Shown here in pieces: positions 22,194-33,384 of a stretch of DNA of 64,000 nucleotides. The notes under the pieces were generated by a model that was given only the letters and a program-made list of their open reading frames with translations, ran no database searches and had not been told where the DNA came from. The first letter of the stretch is position 1. Every line of letters begins with the position of its first letter. The DNA is from Lepidodermella squamata (Eukaryota > Animalia > Gastrotricha). The DNA lies in assembly GCA_047495785.1 (NCBI GenBank), contig JBLDXI010000045.1:248001-312000 (forward strand). The letters run 5' to 3'. The translations under genes and the position numbers were made by a program.

Positions 22194-22820
22194 CACGTGA
22201 TAATTTTTTCTTATTTACGAAGAAATTTCGGCTGTCGCTGTTATTAAAAGACATGGCGTTAGGGTCAACAGTATCAGGGAAAACGTCTTTTTGCAGGTCG
22301 TTCCATCTCTCAATTATCGCGGTCATAAACTCATTCTGATCGTGTTTGCTCTACTAGCTGATGATGACGTAGATTCTCAAAATATATTATATTTTAAGAA
22401 TTATGCATAGTCACATTAGACGCGACACTTAATTTAAACGAGAAATGAGACGTGACCTTTGGTACTCATAAATGTTCATCGCATGTATGTACCTCTGCGT
22501 CACGTGCCGGAATACGACGAAAAAATCACGTGAAGCCAGACTAAATAAATGAATTTTGTGGCAAATTGATAATTATTCATTTTAATTGCCATTCAAAAAT
22601 ATTTTTACACGTGAATTTTTTATATTCAAATTTCAAGAAACCGCGCGCGAAACTCGTGGTTTTCTGAAGATCGAGACTTTTGGTCGCTGCAAAAACCTGA
22701 TATTTTCGTAAACACGTGCGTTTTATGAATGAGATTTTTTTGCTGGTCGCAGATGGAAAAAAGCGATCGCTGCTAATGCTGCTAATGAAGTTATTTATAG
22801 CGAAGATGACCTTTGGACCT
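22194..22820. promoter_or_regulatory. Divergent promoter with five CACGTG E-boxes and two TGACCTTTG DR1-like sites
   Basis: CACGTG at 22194, 22501, 22527, 22608 and 22713 (two as TCACGTGA). TGACCTTTGG at 22453 and 22807. Confidence 0.45.
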
Positions 22821-23341
22821 CATTAAAAAATAGCTAAAACATCAGGCGTTCGCAACGAGCCCCGGCTTCTTAGTACGTCTCATTATCTGGGTTGGTTTGA
22901 TTTCTTAACCAAATTATAGATTGTTTCGACGCTCGGTGACACAGCCAACTTCCGAAATTTGTCTTGTAGAAAAGAGAGAGCGAGTAGGAATAGGTATATC
23001 CTTTTAAATTATCATTGCGAGCATCTGGCGAGTATACCGCGTAAAGTTGAACCGATCAATAAGACGTTCCAAGCAGGCAAAGCAGTTTCATTATATTGCA
23101 GGTAAAACTGGCTATAAAGAAACTTCAAAAATCTTATTAATTTCTTCTAAGCATGTTTTTTTTTGCGTTTTAGCCTTTTCACTGCTCTTCAAAATTCGGT
23201 TGGTATTTTTTAATCATGTCAGGTTAACCTATCATTAAAACGACTATCAAAGTTTTGCACCTCAATCTTGCCCAATAAATAAGTGCTTGGGGGTGAATAG
23301 TGCCCTAAAAATTATTTTATTTGGAAAATTTCTGTCCAAAG

Positions 23342-24652
23342 ATGGTGTTAATTTTTCTCATACTATTCGTGACAACTGCTGCAAACCTCCAAGTCGAGGC
23401 TGGATTGAATCAGAAATTGCTAGTAATTTCATTCGACGGATTCCGGCAAAAGTATTTCGACGATGGCCACTATCTACCCTGGTTTTCAAAGTTCAGATCA
23501 GAGGGCGTTTACTCCGATCAGGTCAAAAGCATTTTCCCAAGCGAAACCTTTCCGAATCATTACGCGATCGCGACTGGGATGTTCGCGGAGAGCCACGGAA
23601 TTATCGCGAACACGTTTTACGACCCGAAACTGAAAGCTACATTCAAACAGTTCTCTGTCGAAACCTACTGGTGGAATCAAGCGGAGCCGATATGGATTAC
23701 GGCTCGTAAACAAGGCAAAAGAACTGCTGTTTCTTTCTGGGCAGGTTCAGCCGCAGTGTTTCCGGGCGGATGGACGCCGAACTACCTCGAAAAATTCAAC
23801 CCTAGAGTTAAGTTCGAGAAAAGAATCGACAAGATGGTGGAACACCTCGTTCATGATGACGTCGATCTAGCGATGATTTACCATTTGCAGCCGGACGAAG
23901 ATGGACATACATTTGGCGAAGGGTCCAGTGACGTCAATAGTACCCTGAAAAAGCTCGATAGGCAGCTATCCTATCTCCTAACTCGCCTGGAAGAGGTTGG
24001 TCTCGAAAATCTGAACATAATTTTATGCTCGGATCATGGAATGGTGAATATTACGGAGCGATTGGTGATGAGCGACTTTGTAGACGTGAGGAGACTGATA
24101 AGCAGGGTAGGCATAATTTTAGCCTCTTCTCAAATGTACCTTTGGCAGTTTTAGGTTCCATCTTACGGTGCTATAGTCAACATTCAACCGAAACGAGGTA
24201 AAATCGACCAAGTTTTTTCGGCATTGGAAGAGGCTGTGAAGGCAGGAGCTCCGTTCTCTGTCTACCGTAAAGCTGAAGTTCCGGAATCTTACCACTACTC
24301 AAAAAATGGAAGAATCATGGACATTGTTGTCGTCTGTAACCTTGGAGTTTACATGACACCAGTAAGACAGCCTATGACCAGGATTCCCTGATAATCATTT
24401 TTCCTTAAATAGGGTCCATCTGAATGGGAAATGGCAGGAGCCCACGGCTGGGATCCGTCCGCGTACGAGCTGAGGCCAATCTTTTTGGCGAGAGGACCAG
24501 CTTTCAAAACTGGTGGCTATAGGTCGAAGAAGTCATTCCGAACGAAAGACATTTATGCAATCATGGCACATGTCATCGGCATGGAACCGCTTCAGACAAA
24601 CGCAACTCTGAATAACGCATTGGACATTTTTAAGTCTGAAGAAGATTTATAG
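23342..24652 (+). CDS. Secreted ectonucleotide pyrophosphatase/phosphodiesterase (ENPP4/5/6-like); 3 exons
   Basis: Signal peptide, LLVISFDGFR, FPSETFPNHYAIATG (Thr nucleophile), QPDEDGHTFG, IILCSDHGM, GAHGWD and PIFLARGPAFK. Introns at about 24107-24154 and 24362-24411. Confidence 0.92.
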
Positions 24653-24754
24653 ATTACAGAGCATAAGAGGTCTCAATCATCATTGTTTTATGTTAACAAT
24701 TGTTATAAGGTACACTATTTTTCTTCATCAATGAAGTCGTCACTGGGATTGTCA

Positions 24755-27634
24755 TCAATCTACATTCTCAGCCTCACCATCGACAAGGGCATATCTACGA
24801 GTAGATTGTTCCACGTTGATGTAGCAGCACAGCGCAGATGCGCTGCAATTGTTACATAGTCTGACAGGTGACCAGGGAGGTCCTTTGTAATTGTAAGGGC
24901 GCCTTGTTCCGCAAACGACACACTTATCAGCCGAACATTCCGGATGAGTGTTGCATACCAAGGCCGGTTTCATGATATTGCCATAATCTGGTATTCGTGT
25001 TTTGCAAATATAACACATGCCAAGGATTCGGTTATTTAATTCGAAATCATAGACTGTGGCACAAGTGAAGCATGCTGACAGTGGAACAGCTTGGTTAGTG
25101 TTCACGTGACTGATTGGAAAGTTACATCGAAATCTCTGTCGAAAATGACCCATTCAGTCGCATTACAAAAAGTTACAATTACTTACGCTCAAATAAGACC
25201 AATTGTAGCCACCTAGGCCGTACATGCTCAATTTTTTTCGCAAAAAGGCTAAAACTTCTTCCCGCGAGTTAGACTCCCATAGCATTTGAACGATAGTATT
25301 CGACCAGGTTATCATCACATCAGTTGGAGCATGTTGAATAATAAACATGCACAGCTCTCGTTGAGCCTCCATCTTATCTTTGACCTTACGGAAGCAAGCC
25401 TTTGAAGCCGCTCTTATAACAGACAAATGATTCGGGAGAATCACGGATTTTTCACCCATGCCGAAGACAACGTAAGGCTTCATTAGAAGACGTAGCTGAG
25501 TCATCTTCAGTGGAATAACGCGCTCTCCTTTCTCCGGATCGCCAAGAAGCAGCGGCAGGTAAGTATCTGACAATGGCTGCTGGGCAACTGCCAGATAGCG
25601 AAGAAATTTCGAGACAGGAATTTCTGGATTTTCGCGTATCAGCCGATTCAAAATCTGCGTATAAATGTCCAGTAGAGTTGGAGGGAAGTCTCGAATCTTC
25701 GTAGTGACTTGTCGGAAATTTCCGAATACTCTCAACTCCTCACAAGCGAGTCTCAACCACAGTGGCAGGTGTGCTCCGTCTTTCTTAATCAGAGTTTCCA
25801 GCTGCTCTTGATCGAGTCGCTTGGAGTAATCCTCAAAGAACTTGGTTGCTATCGTCGACCTAAGCTCAGGAGGTGCTTCAGGCATCTGAAACAACGTGGC
25901 TTCAGAGACCGTTAAATACTTATGTATCCAGGACTCTTTCGAATTCGAGGCCGTCATTAGGCAGACAAAGTTAGCCGGAAATCGGAAGGGCAGAAAGTCG
26001 AACCAATGAGCTGATGTTGTGTAACCAATATCGCCAATATGTTCAACCCCGTCAAGAAGTAGAACAATTTTTTTATCTGGCCTTAACCTAAGCGCCTCCA
26101 TCTCCTTACATACATGATCCCATGGGTATTCATTGTCATCGTCCCAGATAATATCAAGCTTCTTCGCGGCACCTATTCACAAAATCGAACATGCATCCCC
26201 AATTTATATTGAGATGGATATTCGTACCTTCTTCAGATATACCAAGCAGAAATCGCAGCAGCCTGCGCATAGTCATCGAGTACTTGCTAGACATGTCCGA
26301 TACAGCTATTCCACAGAAGTGGAAAAAGACTTGATACTTTTCCGTTGCAAGTAGTTTTTTAGCTACCATGGACAGCAAGGAAGTTTTACCCTGACCAGGA
26401 CTTGATACGACACAAATAGGGAGATTGGACCAGCCGCTTTCACTCGGATTGGCAGTCGGAGGCCATTTTTCCGCATTTAGAGGGCTGTTACCGCCATCAG
26501 AGAATTCATCCAATGGGAGAATTTTGTCTGAGCCTGTAAAATAACGCATGGCGCGATCGTTGTTATTGAATTTGTCTTCGATGAAAGTCGCCATTTCATC
26601 GGTCCATTCTTCAATGCCATGGGTCAACAAAGAACGCCTCTGAAGATAAGCGGTTTGGTTGTAATCCTCTTGCATAACTTTGTCGGGGGGTTTGAAATCT
26701 GCTCGATCACCAACGAGACGTTCAATTGCTGCTTTGAAGAAAGCTGTAACTCTTACGCCAAATTCGGGATTGAAAGACATTTCCAGCTTTGAATCATCAC
26801 TGCGGTTTGTTTCCATGTCATAGATGTAGAGCTGATCCACAGGATTGGGAACAAATTTAGGTATCTTCGCTTTCAGGCTGGCAAGGTGAGTTTTCTCCAA
26901 GGCGCCTTTGTCAACATAGATATCTTTTTCCTTCTCCGAAAGCTGAGAACTAAAGATAGGATTTCGCAGGCAGAACAAAGCGTTATTGTTGTGACATCTG
27001 AGTAGCAGGTTACTAATTAGTTGATGTTTTAATTTTTTAGAAAAATAGTTCACCTAATAGCACCTTGAAGAATTTCCATGTGAGTGATGGACACGCTTTC
27101 AACCCAATCGTACCTCTGCTGAACATCAGAAGGGATTTCCGAAACCTTCGGTATCCAGCCATATCGATCGCCAAGAAGGCAAAGGAATAAAGGCTTATCG
27201 TTGGTTGATTTCTTGATGACCTCCAACTCTCCTAAGCAAGTCTCAATCGTATCGACACTGGTAGCGTTCTGGGGCACGCCCCAACGTAAGTCGGTCTCAA
27301 CGAGACGAACGCCTCGCTTTTCAGCCCAATCGGATAGCTCAGGAAGGACTGATTTGATGATGTACTCACGTTCAGCATTCATATCTCGGAAAGTTGAGGA
27401 AATGAAAATGTTCATAGTTGTCCAAAGTTGAGATTGGCTTGGTAATTTCGTTGCTCCCTTAACGACCCCGGATACTTCTTTCAGTTTTTCTGCTGGAGAC
27501 GCAGTTTTGTCCGAGGATTGCTTCTTCGATGATAGGCCTGACTCGATTTCTTCCCATGCCTTCTTGACCTGCGCTTCGACCTCTTCATTATTGGCATCCG
27601 CGACACAATTTTTTGGCTGGCAGCAGTGAAACAT
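24755..27634 (-). CDS. DUF4062 + NACHT/STAND NTPase (TEP1/NWD1-like) with a C-terminal Cys-rich Zn module; paralogue A
   Basis: IFISSTFRDMNAEREY, ETDLRWGV and FLCLLGDRYGWIP (DUF4062). Walker A SSPGQGKTSLL, Walker B IVLLLDGVE, and PLWLRLACEELRVFG. Exons 27634-27054, 26997-26228, 26172-25187 and 25135-24755. Confidence 0.88.
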
Positions 27635-28127
27635 TTTGGTGCAATGAAATGTGAGAATCGAATTTCTGGCAGGTAAAACTACACTGTCGTTAGTGCTTCG
27701 ATCAATGCTTCGAGCGATAAAAATGGGTGATATTGCCAACTGTGCCGTTGGTATGTGCGCGCAGCCTCTCATCAATTAATAAAGTGTTTTGCGCGTGAAA
27801 AAATGTGTATCGGTTCTTGAAGCGGAAGGATACTTTTTTAATAGTTTACACAGCCATTTTTTTCAAATGGAGTCATCATGGAGTGATAACTGAAGAGTTA
27901 AATTTTAGAATGAGGCAAACATATGGATCCACGGCATTCATCTATTTCAAGTACCTCGTACCAGATGAATAACTACGGCTGAATATTTGAGCGTGCTAAG
28001 AAAAAACTGACGCATCATTCAGGTTATTCTTTTACTAGAATTTGAGCTATATAAAAATTTTATTCCGATAGCGATTCATAAAAATCATGAGTACAACTTT
28101 TAGGGTAACCTATCAAAACATGGTCTA

Positions 28128-28860
28128 TTATCTTGGTGAGCACTGCACGCAAGGCGAGTTGAGTGGTGGAGGAGTTGTAAGCTGAGATCGATTTACAGGT
28201 GTCGTCGATGTTCCGTCATCTGACATAAATACAATGCCGACTATGAATAGCGGTAGAAATATTAGCACGAAAGCGCCGAGGGAGATCAAGGAGTTGTAGC
28301 CGTCCCAAGTAAGTCCGACAGCCAGGGTGACTATCGCAACGATCGATATAATGGTTACAGCTGTAATGAGCATTATCATCCCTTGATACCGCCTGGCAAC
28401 ATCTTTTTGCACCTCTATCAATTTTTCTACACATTCAATGGAGCATTCAAATATGAAAGAATCGGTTAACTTGGCAAACCTTGCTGCAAGACATCTTGAA
28501 AAGCTGGATCATATTGACAGCATGGTAGCCCTGGAAATCATAATTAGCAAGACAATTTACAATTTACAGTCTATCCACCCTACCTGATTTTTGCGTGGTC
28601 GGGCCGGATTCTATGATTACTTCTCCTTGGAGGGGCTGTAGGTCACGTGAAGCTTCCAGTTCAGCTAATTTAGCAACCTCATCCAATAGAGTTTCCCAAT
28701 CATCATTGGATACCTGAGCTTGAACTAGATTGAGCGTGAATAGACCTGAGATGAGTGAAAAAATGAATAATTGAGAACGTTCCCACGAAATGAGCCGCGA
28801 CCGCTTATTTATACACCTCATTTCATTTAAAAGAACCGTGGTGAAATTGGCTTCCATCAT
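28128..28860 (-). CDS. Orphan membrane protein (signal/anchor segment plus 2 C-terminal TM helices); 3 exons
   Basis: Exons 28860-28584, 28530-28480 and 28426-28128 join in frame through two 53-nt GT-AG introns. Hydrophobic segments LFIFSLISGLFTLNLVQA, MIMLITAVTIISIVAIVTLAVGL and LISLGAFVLIFLPLFIVGIVFM. The exact start ATG is uncertain. Confidence 0.65.
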
Positions 28861-29151
28861 CGGCCGGAAATGCGAGCTCTACCATTTCGTAGAGAAGCAC
28901 TTACACCACATCAAAACAACCGCTTGCAAACAGGGTCTTTACTTTACATGCGCAAGTGTCCTGCTTCGCAAACAAAAGTAGCCGGCAACATAAGCGGTTT
29001 TTTGTGGCACTACTATGACCATGAACGTGAAATTCTTCAGGTTCATGTTACTGTGCTTCAAGTTTCCTTCCATTTCCAACATATCCAACACATACTTGAC
29101 GCATCAATATCAACTTTAACAAAATTTAATAAAATATTTATTGCTTCACTC

Positions 29152-32107
29152 TTACTCGTTTGGGTGGTAATCATTGTTAGCAAATAGGGGGTATCTGAAC
29201 TGTGATTGTTCCACTGACATGTGGCAACAAGACAATGATCTTGAGCACAGCTCGCAAAGTTTCAACGGTACCCATTGGTTGAAAGCTTTCCCACGAAACA
29301 ATCCGCAAATTCTGCATGTGTATTCTCCAACGCCAGCAGGGTATTCGCGATGATTCAAACAAACAGTTGCATCTGATAATCGTGAGCCTGCGGTCACACG
29401 GGTTTTGCATATCCAGCAGAAGTCGCAGTGTCTGCCGTTGAGCTCAAAATCCATCATCATTGAACAAGGCTGGCAAATCCGCAGAGGCACTGACTTGACC
29501 TGGGGAATACCTACTGTGTTGGCACATCGAAATCTCTGCGTTGTATAAAAATTGGTTTAAAATATTTTAAACATTGATTCGAAACTTTACCTGTAAAATG
29601 GCGGCCTTGTAAGCGGTAAGAGCTAACTTTGCCATATGATCATACTGAACGAAGCGTAACAACTCAACTCGACAATCCGATTCCCAGAGTAAATTTGTGA
29701 TGTAGTAAGCCATCCGAATTTTAGAGCTCTCTGAAGCGTAATTCATCAGATAGAATGCCAATTCTCGCTTCGCCGCCATTTTGTCTTCCTTTGTCGGGGT
29801 GCAGGCTTTAATTGCAGCACTAATCACAGCTGAATGGAAGGGCATAATAACCATTCTCTGACCCATGCTGAATACTATGTACGGCTTGAGGACAAGCCGC
29901 AATCTAGCCATTATTATCGGCAGAACGCGTTCGCTGGCCTCCGGATTTCCTAGAAGAAGAGGAAGATCTTCTTCCAACAGAGGTTGAGGAGTAACTGCAA
30001 TGTAGCGAAAGAACTTTCCGATAGGAACCTCCGGGTTATCTTTGATTAGTCTTTCGATAATTTGCATCAAAATGCCATCAAGTGTAGGGGCGAAGCTTCG
30101 AATCTTTGAGTTTAGTTTTTCGAAGCTGCCAAAAACTCGCAATTCTTCGCAGGCTAATTTTAGCCACAATGGCAAATGCGCCCCTTCTTTGCTCACCAGC
30201 TCTTTGAGCTGCTCGGCGTCAAGCTTCTTAGCAAATGATTCGAAGAACTTTTTCGCGATAACTGCACGAAGCTCAATTGGGGCGTCCGGCATTCTGATCA
30301 TCGATGCATCGGCGATGCATAAATATTTGTGGATCCATGCTTCGTGATCTATCGTTGCAGTCATAAGAACAGCGCAGTTCGCAGGGAAGCGAGTTGGAAA
30401 GAAGTTGGAATATCGCACGTCGATTGAGTTGTCGACTTCCAGTATATTTTCAGGCGAGTCAAGCAAAATCAGAATTTTCTTGTCAGGGCGTTTGCTAAGT
30501 TGATTAAGCAAGTCATTCAGCACTTTGGTTTGGTACATCGACCACTCGTCAATAATCTCATTCAATGGCTTTTCTAAACCTGAAATAGCAAGATGTAAGG
30601 CATGTCAAACGGTGTTTCGCAACTTTACCCAGAACATTTGCCAAGAACCAGACGAGCCGTTTTAAGAAAATTTCGTAACTAGTAGCGTTCTCGGATATAG
30701 TCAAGCCAAAATAATGAACGAAGACGTTGATCTCAGCAGATGTCATTATGTGCTTGGCTACTTCAGACAACAACGAAGTCTTTCCTTGCCCTGGCTCCGA
30801 AATGAGACAAATCGGATGCGATTTCCAATCCAATTCGTCAGCGATTGCAACGCTTGGCCACATTGCCGCCTGGTCCTTAGCGGCGTCTTCCGCATCATTA
30901 ACATCGTCGCGGAGCAAAGAGGTGTGCTCGAAATCTCTTAACACCATGCTGCCATTTTCTCCAGTAAAAGAGCCCATGACGTAGGAGGCAAGCTCTTGTG
31001 TCCAGCTATCTACGCCAAAGGTTGACGCACATTGCTTCTCCAAATAACCGAGTTGATTGAAAGTCTCTTGGTCCACGTCATGAGGGGGCGTGAAATCATT
31101 ACGATTATCGTAAAGTCTTTCTATAGCAGCTTTGAAAAACCGAACAATCTTCTCGCCGAACTCAGGTCTAAATTCGATATTCACGGCACTCTCCGATTCG
31201 GTATTATCAGTATTTGCCAGAGTTGCATCGTAGATGTAAACTTGGTCTCTGGGATCAGGAAGGAAAGCCCCAACCTTCTTCTTCAACTTCGCCAAATGCT
31301 TTTGCTCGATTGCACCCTTATCAATAAAGCCTTCGGCTTGTTTATCGGATAGCGAGGCTGAAAACTTGTGATTACGCAAACAGAACAGGGCGTTTCGATT
31401 TCGACATCTGAATCGCAACATAAATCTTGCGTTGACTGTACTAAAATCGGTCACCTTACCTCAAAGCTCCTGAAAGTTCATAGAATTTTTATGAACGGAA
31501 TATGTATAATGTAACAATGCTTACCTTGTAGTATCTCCATGTGTGTAATCGAGAGAGTATCGACCCAATTATAACGCTTCGATATTTCTACCGGAATATC
31601 TCTAATATTGGGAATCCAGCCATATCTATCACCAAGAAGACAAAGAAACAAGGGCTGGCCTTGTGAGTTTCGCTTGATCACCTCGAGTTCCCCTAAACAA
31701 GTCTCGATCGTGTCAACGGTCGTTGAATGCTGCGGAACGCCCCATCGCAAATCAGTTTCGACAAGACGAACGCCTCGCTTTTCCGCCCAGTCTGCCAGCT
31801 CCGGGAGTACTTTCTTAACAATATAATCTCTCTCTGCATTCATATCCCGGAATGTGGATGATATGAATAAATTCGCTGTCGTCCAAACCTTAGCAGCATC
31901 TTTCTTTTGAAGCGCGGGGTTTTTTGTCTCGATTAATACGGCGTTATCGGCTGGTTCTGCAATTGCGGTGATCATTCGTGTGGTGTGATTGCTCAAAAGG
32001 TTTGACTCAATCTTGTGCCATGCTTCTTCAACTACGGTTTCGCTGTTGTCGCTGGTAGCCATTTCAGCAATTTGTTTGTCTAAAATTGGCTTGAATCTGG
32101 CATACAT
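29152..32107 (-). CDS. DUF4062 + NACHT/STAND NTPase with a C-terminal Cys-rich Zn module; paralogue B
   Basis: Same motifs as paralogue A (LFISSTFRDMNAERDY, SEPGQGKTSLL, ILILLDSPE, PLWLKLACEELRVFG). Exons 32107(or 32062)-31525, 31469-31460, 31407-30629, 30579-29591 and 29535-29152. Confidence 0.88.
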
Positions 32108-32745
32108 TTTTATAATTACAATATTGTAAGCCGACAACTACCGAAGGTCAAGAAGAATATTCGCATGGCGGCACTAACATAAATCTTGCAAAGCTAAAAC
32201 CTGTGATCCATCTGAATGACTTTTCACAGCCAGGTTTTCGAGTATTCGTCAGCGTTATTAGTGCACTTGCATGAGTGCTACTCTTTTAAAGAACGTGCAT
32301 TTACAGCCACGCAAACTTCCCTTAGCAACGGATGTTGTTCTTCAAAAGACCCTGAGAACTTCAATGACGGTAGATGCTGAGAGCTTATCCTCTAGGGTAT
32401 GCCGGTAATGATTCAGACGGTTTCAAATGGAAATGAAATGATTACACATTTTCTGCCTCTTCAGCGACAGTTGGCCATGCAGTTGGCAGTCCTTTTCCCA
32501 GGGCTGTATCTTCCACATCGTCGAATTCTCAAGGAAAGAAATACCCTGAATTATTTGTGCTCTAGGGCTGTGTATGAGCTGAGAAACCTGAAAAATCCCA
32601 GAGAACTATCGTTTAGGTTTTCACTCTCACATCATAGATAGATTGTGGCTGAGGTTCTAAGTTATCATTTATAAATTTATGATGATATTGACGGCTTTCC
32701 ACGCAGTTCAGGGTTCCGCCAGGTTCTTTGGTCAAGGTCACGCCA

Positions 32746-33384
32746 TCATGTCTTGTTACTAGCCAGCTCTCTCAGGTGGACGAGATCTTTATGGCAATTC
32801 AGGCTCGGAACCCAAAACTGTCGCTTAGTGTAGTCTTGGATAGCGATTTGCGTCCTGAAAACTTCATGAGGGCGTTTCGCCAGTATTTTATCCAGCAGTG
32901 ATGATCCCTGTGATGGGCGTCGAGCTTCTGCTCCATCGTTATGTATGACTTTTTTTGTTATGAAGGTGCAAATATTCTTTTCCATTGATACGTTGCTCGA
33001 CTGCCAGATTTCATCTACATAGTTCACCAAACGCTGATGATAGATGCTGATGAGAGGCTGATGCGATGTGCCACGACCTCTGGTATCAAGAAGAAAGTCT
33101 AAACCATCCCCGAAGTCTAAATATGTACATCTATGTAAAATATAGCTCTTTTAGACACTTCGACGTTGGAGGAAATTTGCATCTTAATTCTCTCAGGCTT
33201 ACTTCGAGGTAAACCATGAACAGGACAAAACTAGAGGCGATCCCACTCTCATCGAGACAGATAGTTTCCGTGGCTGGTAAGAGGTTGATATCTGCTCATG
33301 TCCAATCTCAGGATGGGGAACTCTCCGCTTTTGAGAGTCCTCAAGGCCGTCAAGCACCTGTGTTGTGTCATTGAATGACGCCAT
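32746..33384 (-). CDS. Possible orphan two-exon ORF (188 aa) or decaying gene
   Basis: Exons 33384-33203 and 33130-32746 join in frame across a GTAAGC..ACATAG intron. No recognisable motif. Confidence 0.25.

Noticed and set aside
24755-32107. Calling the NACHT genes TEP1 or NWD1 orthologues
   Set aside because: They lack TROVE and WD40 repeats, and share only the DUF4062-NACHT core.
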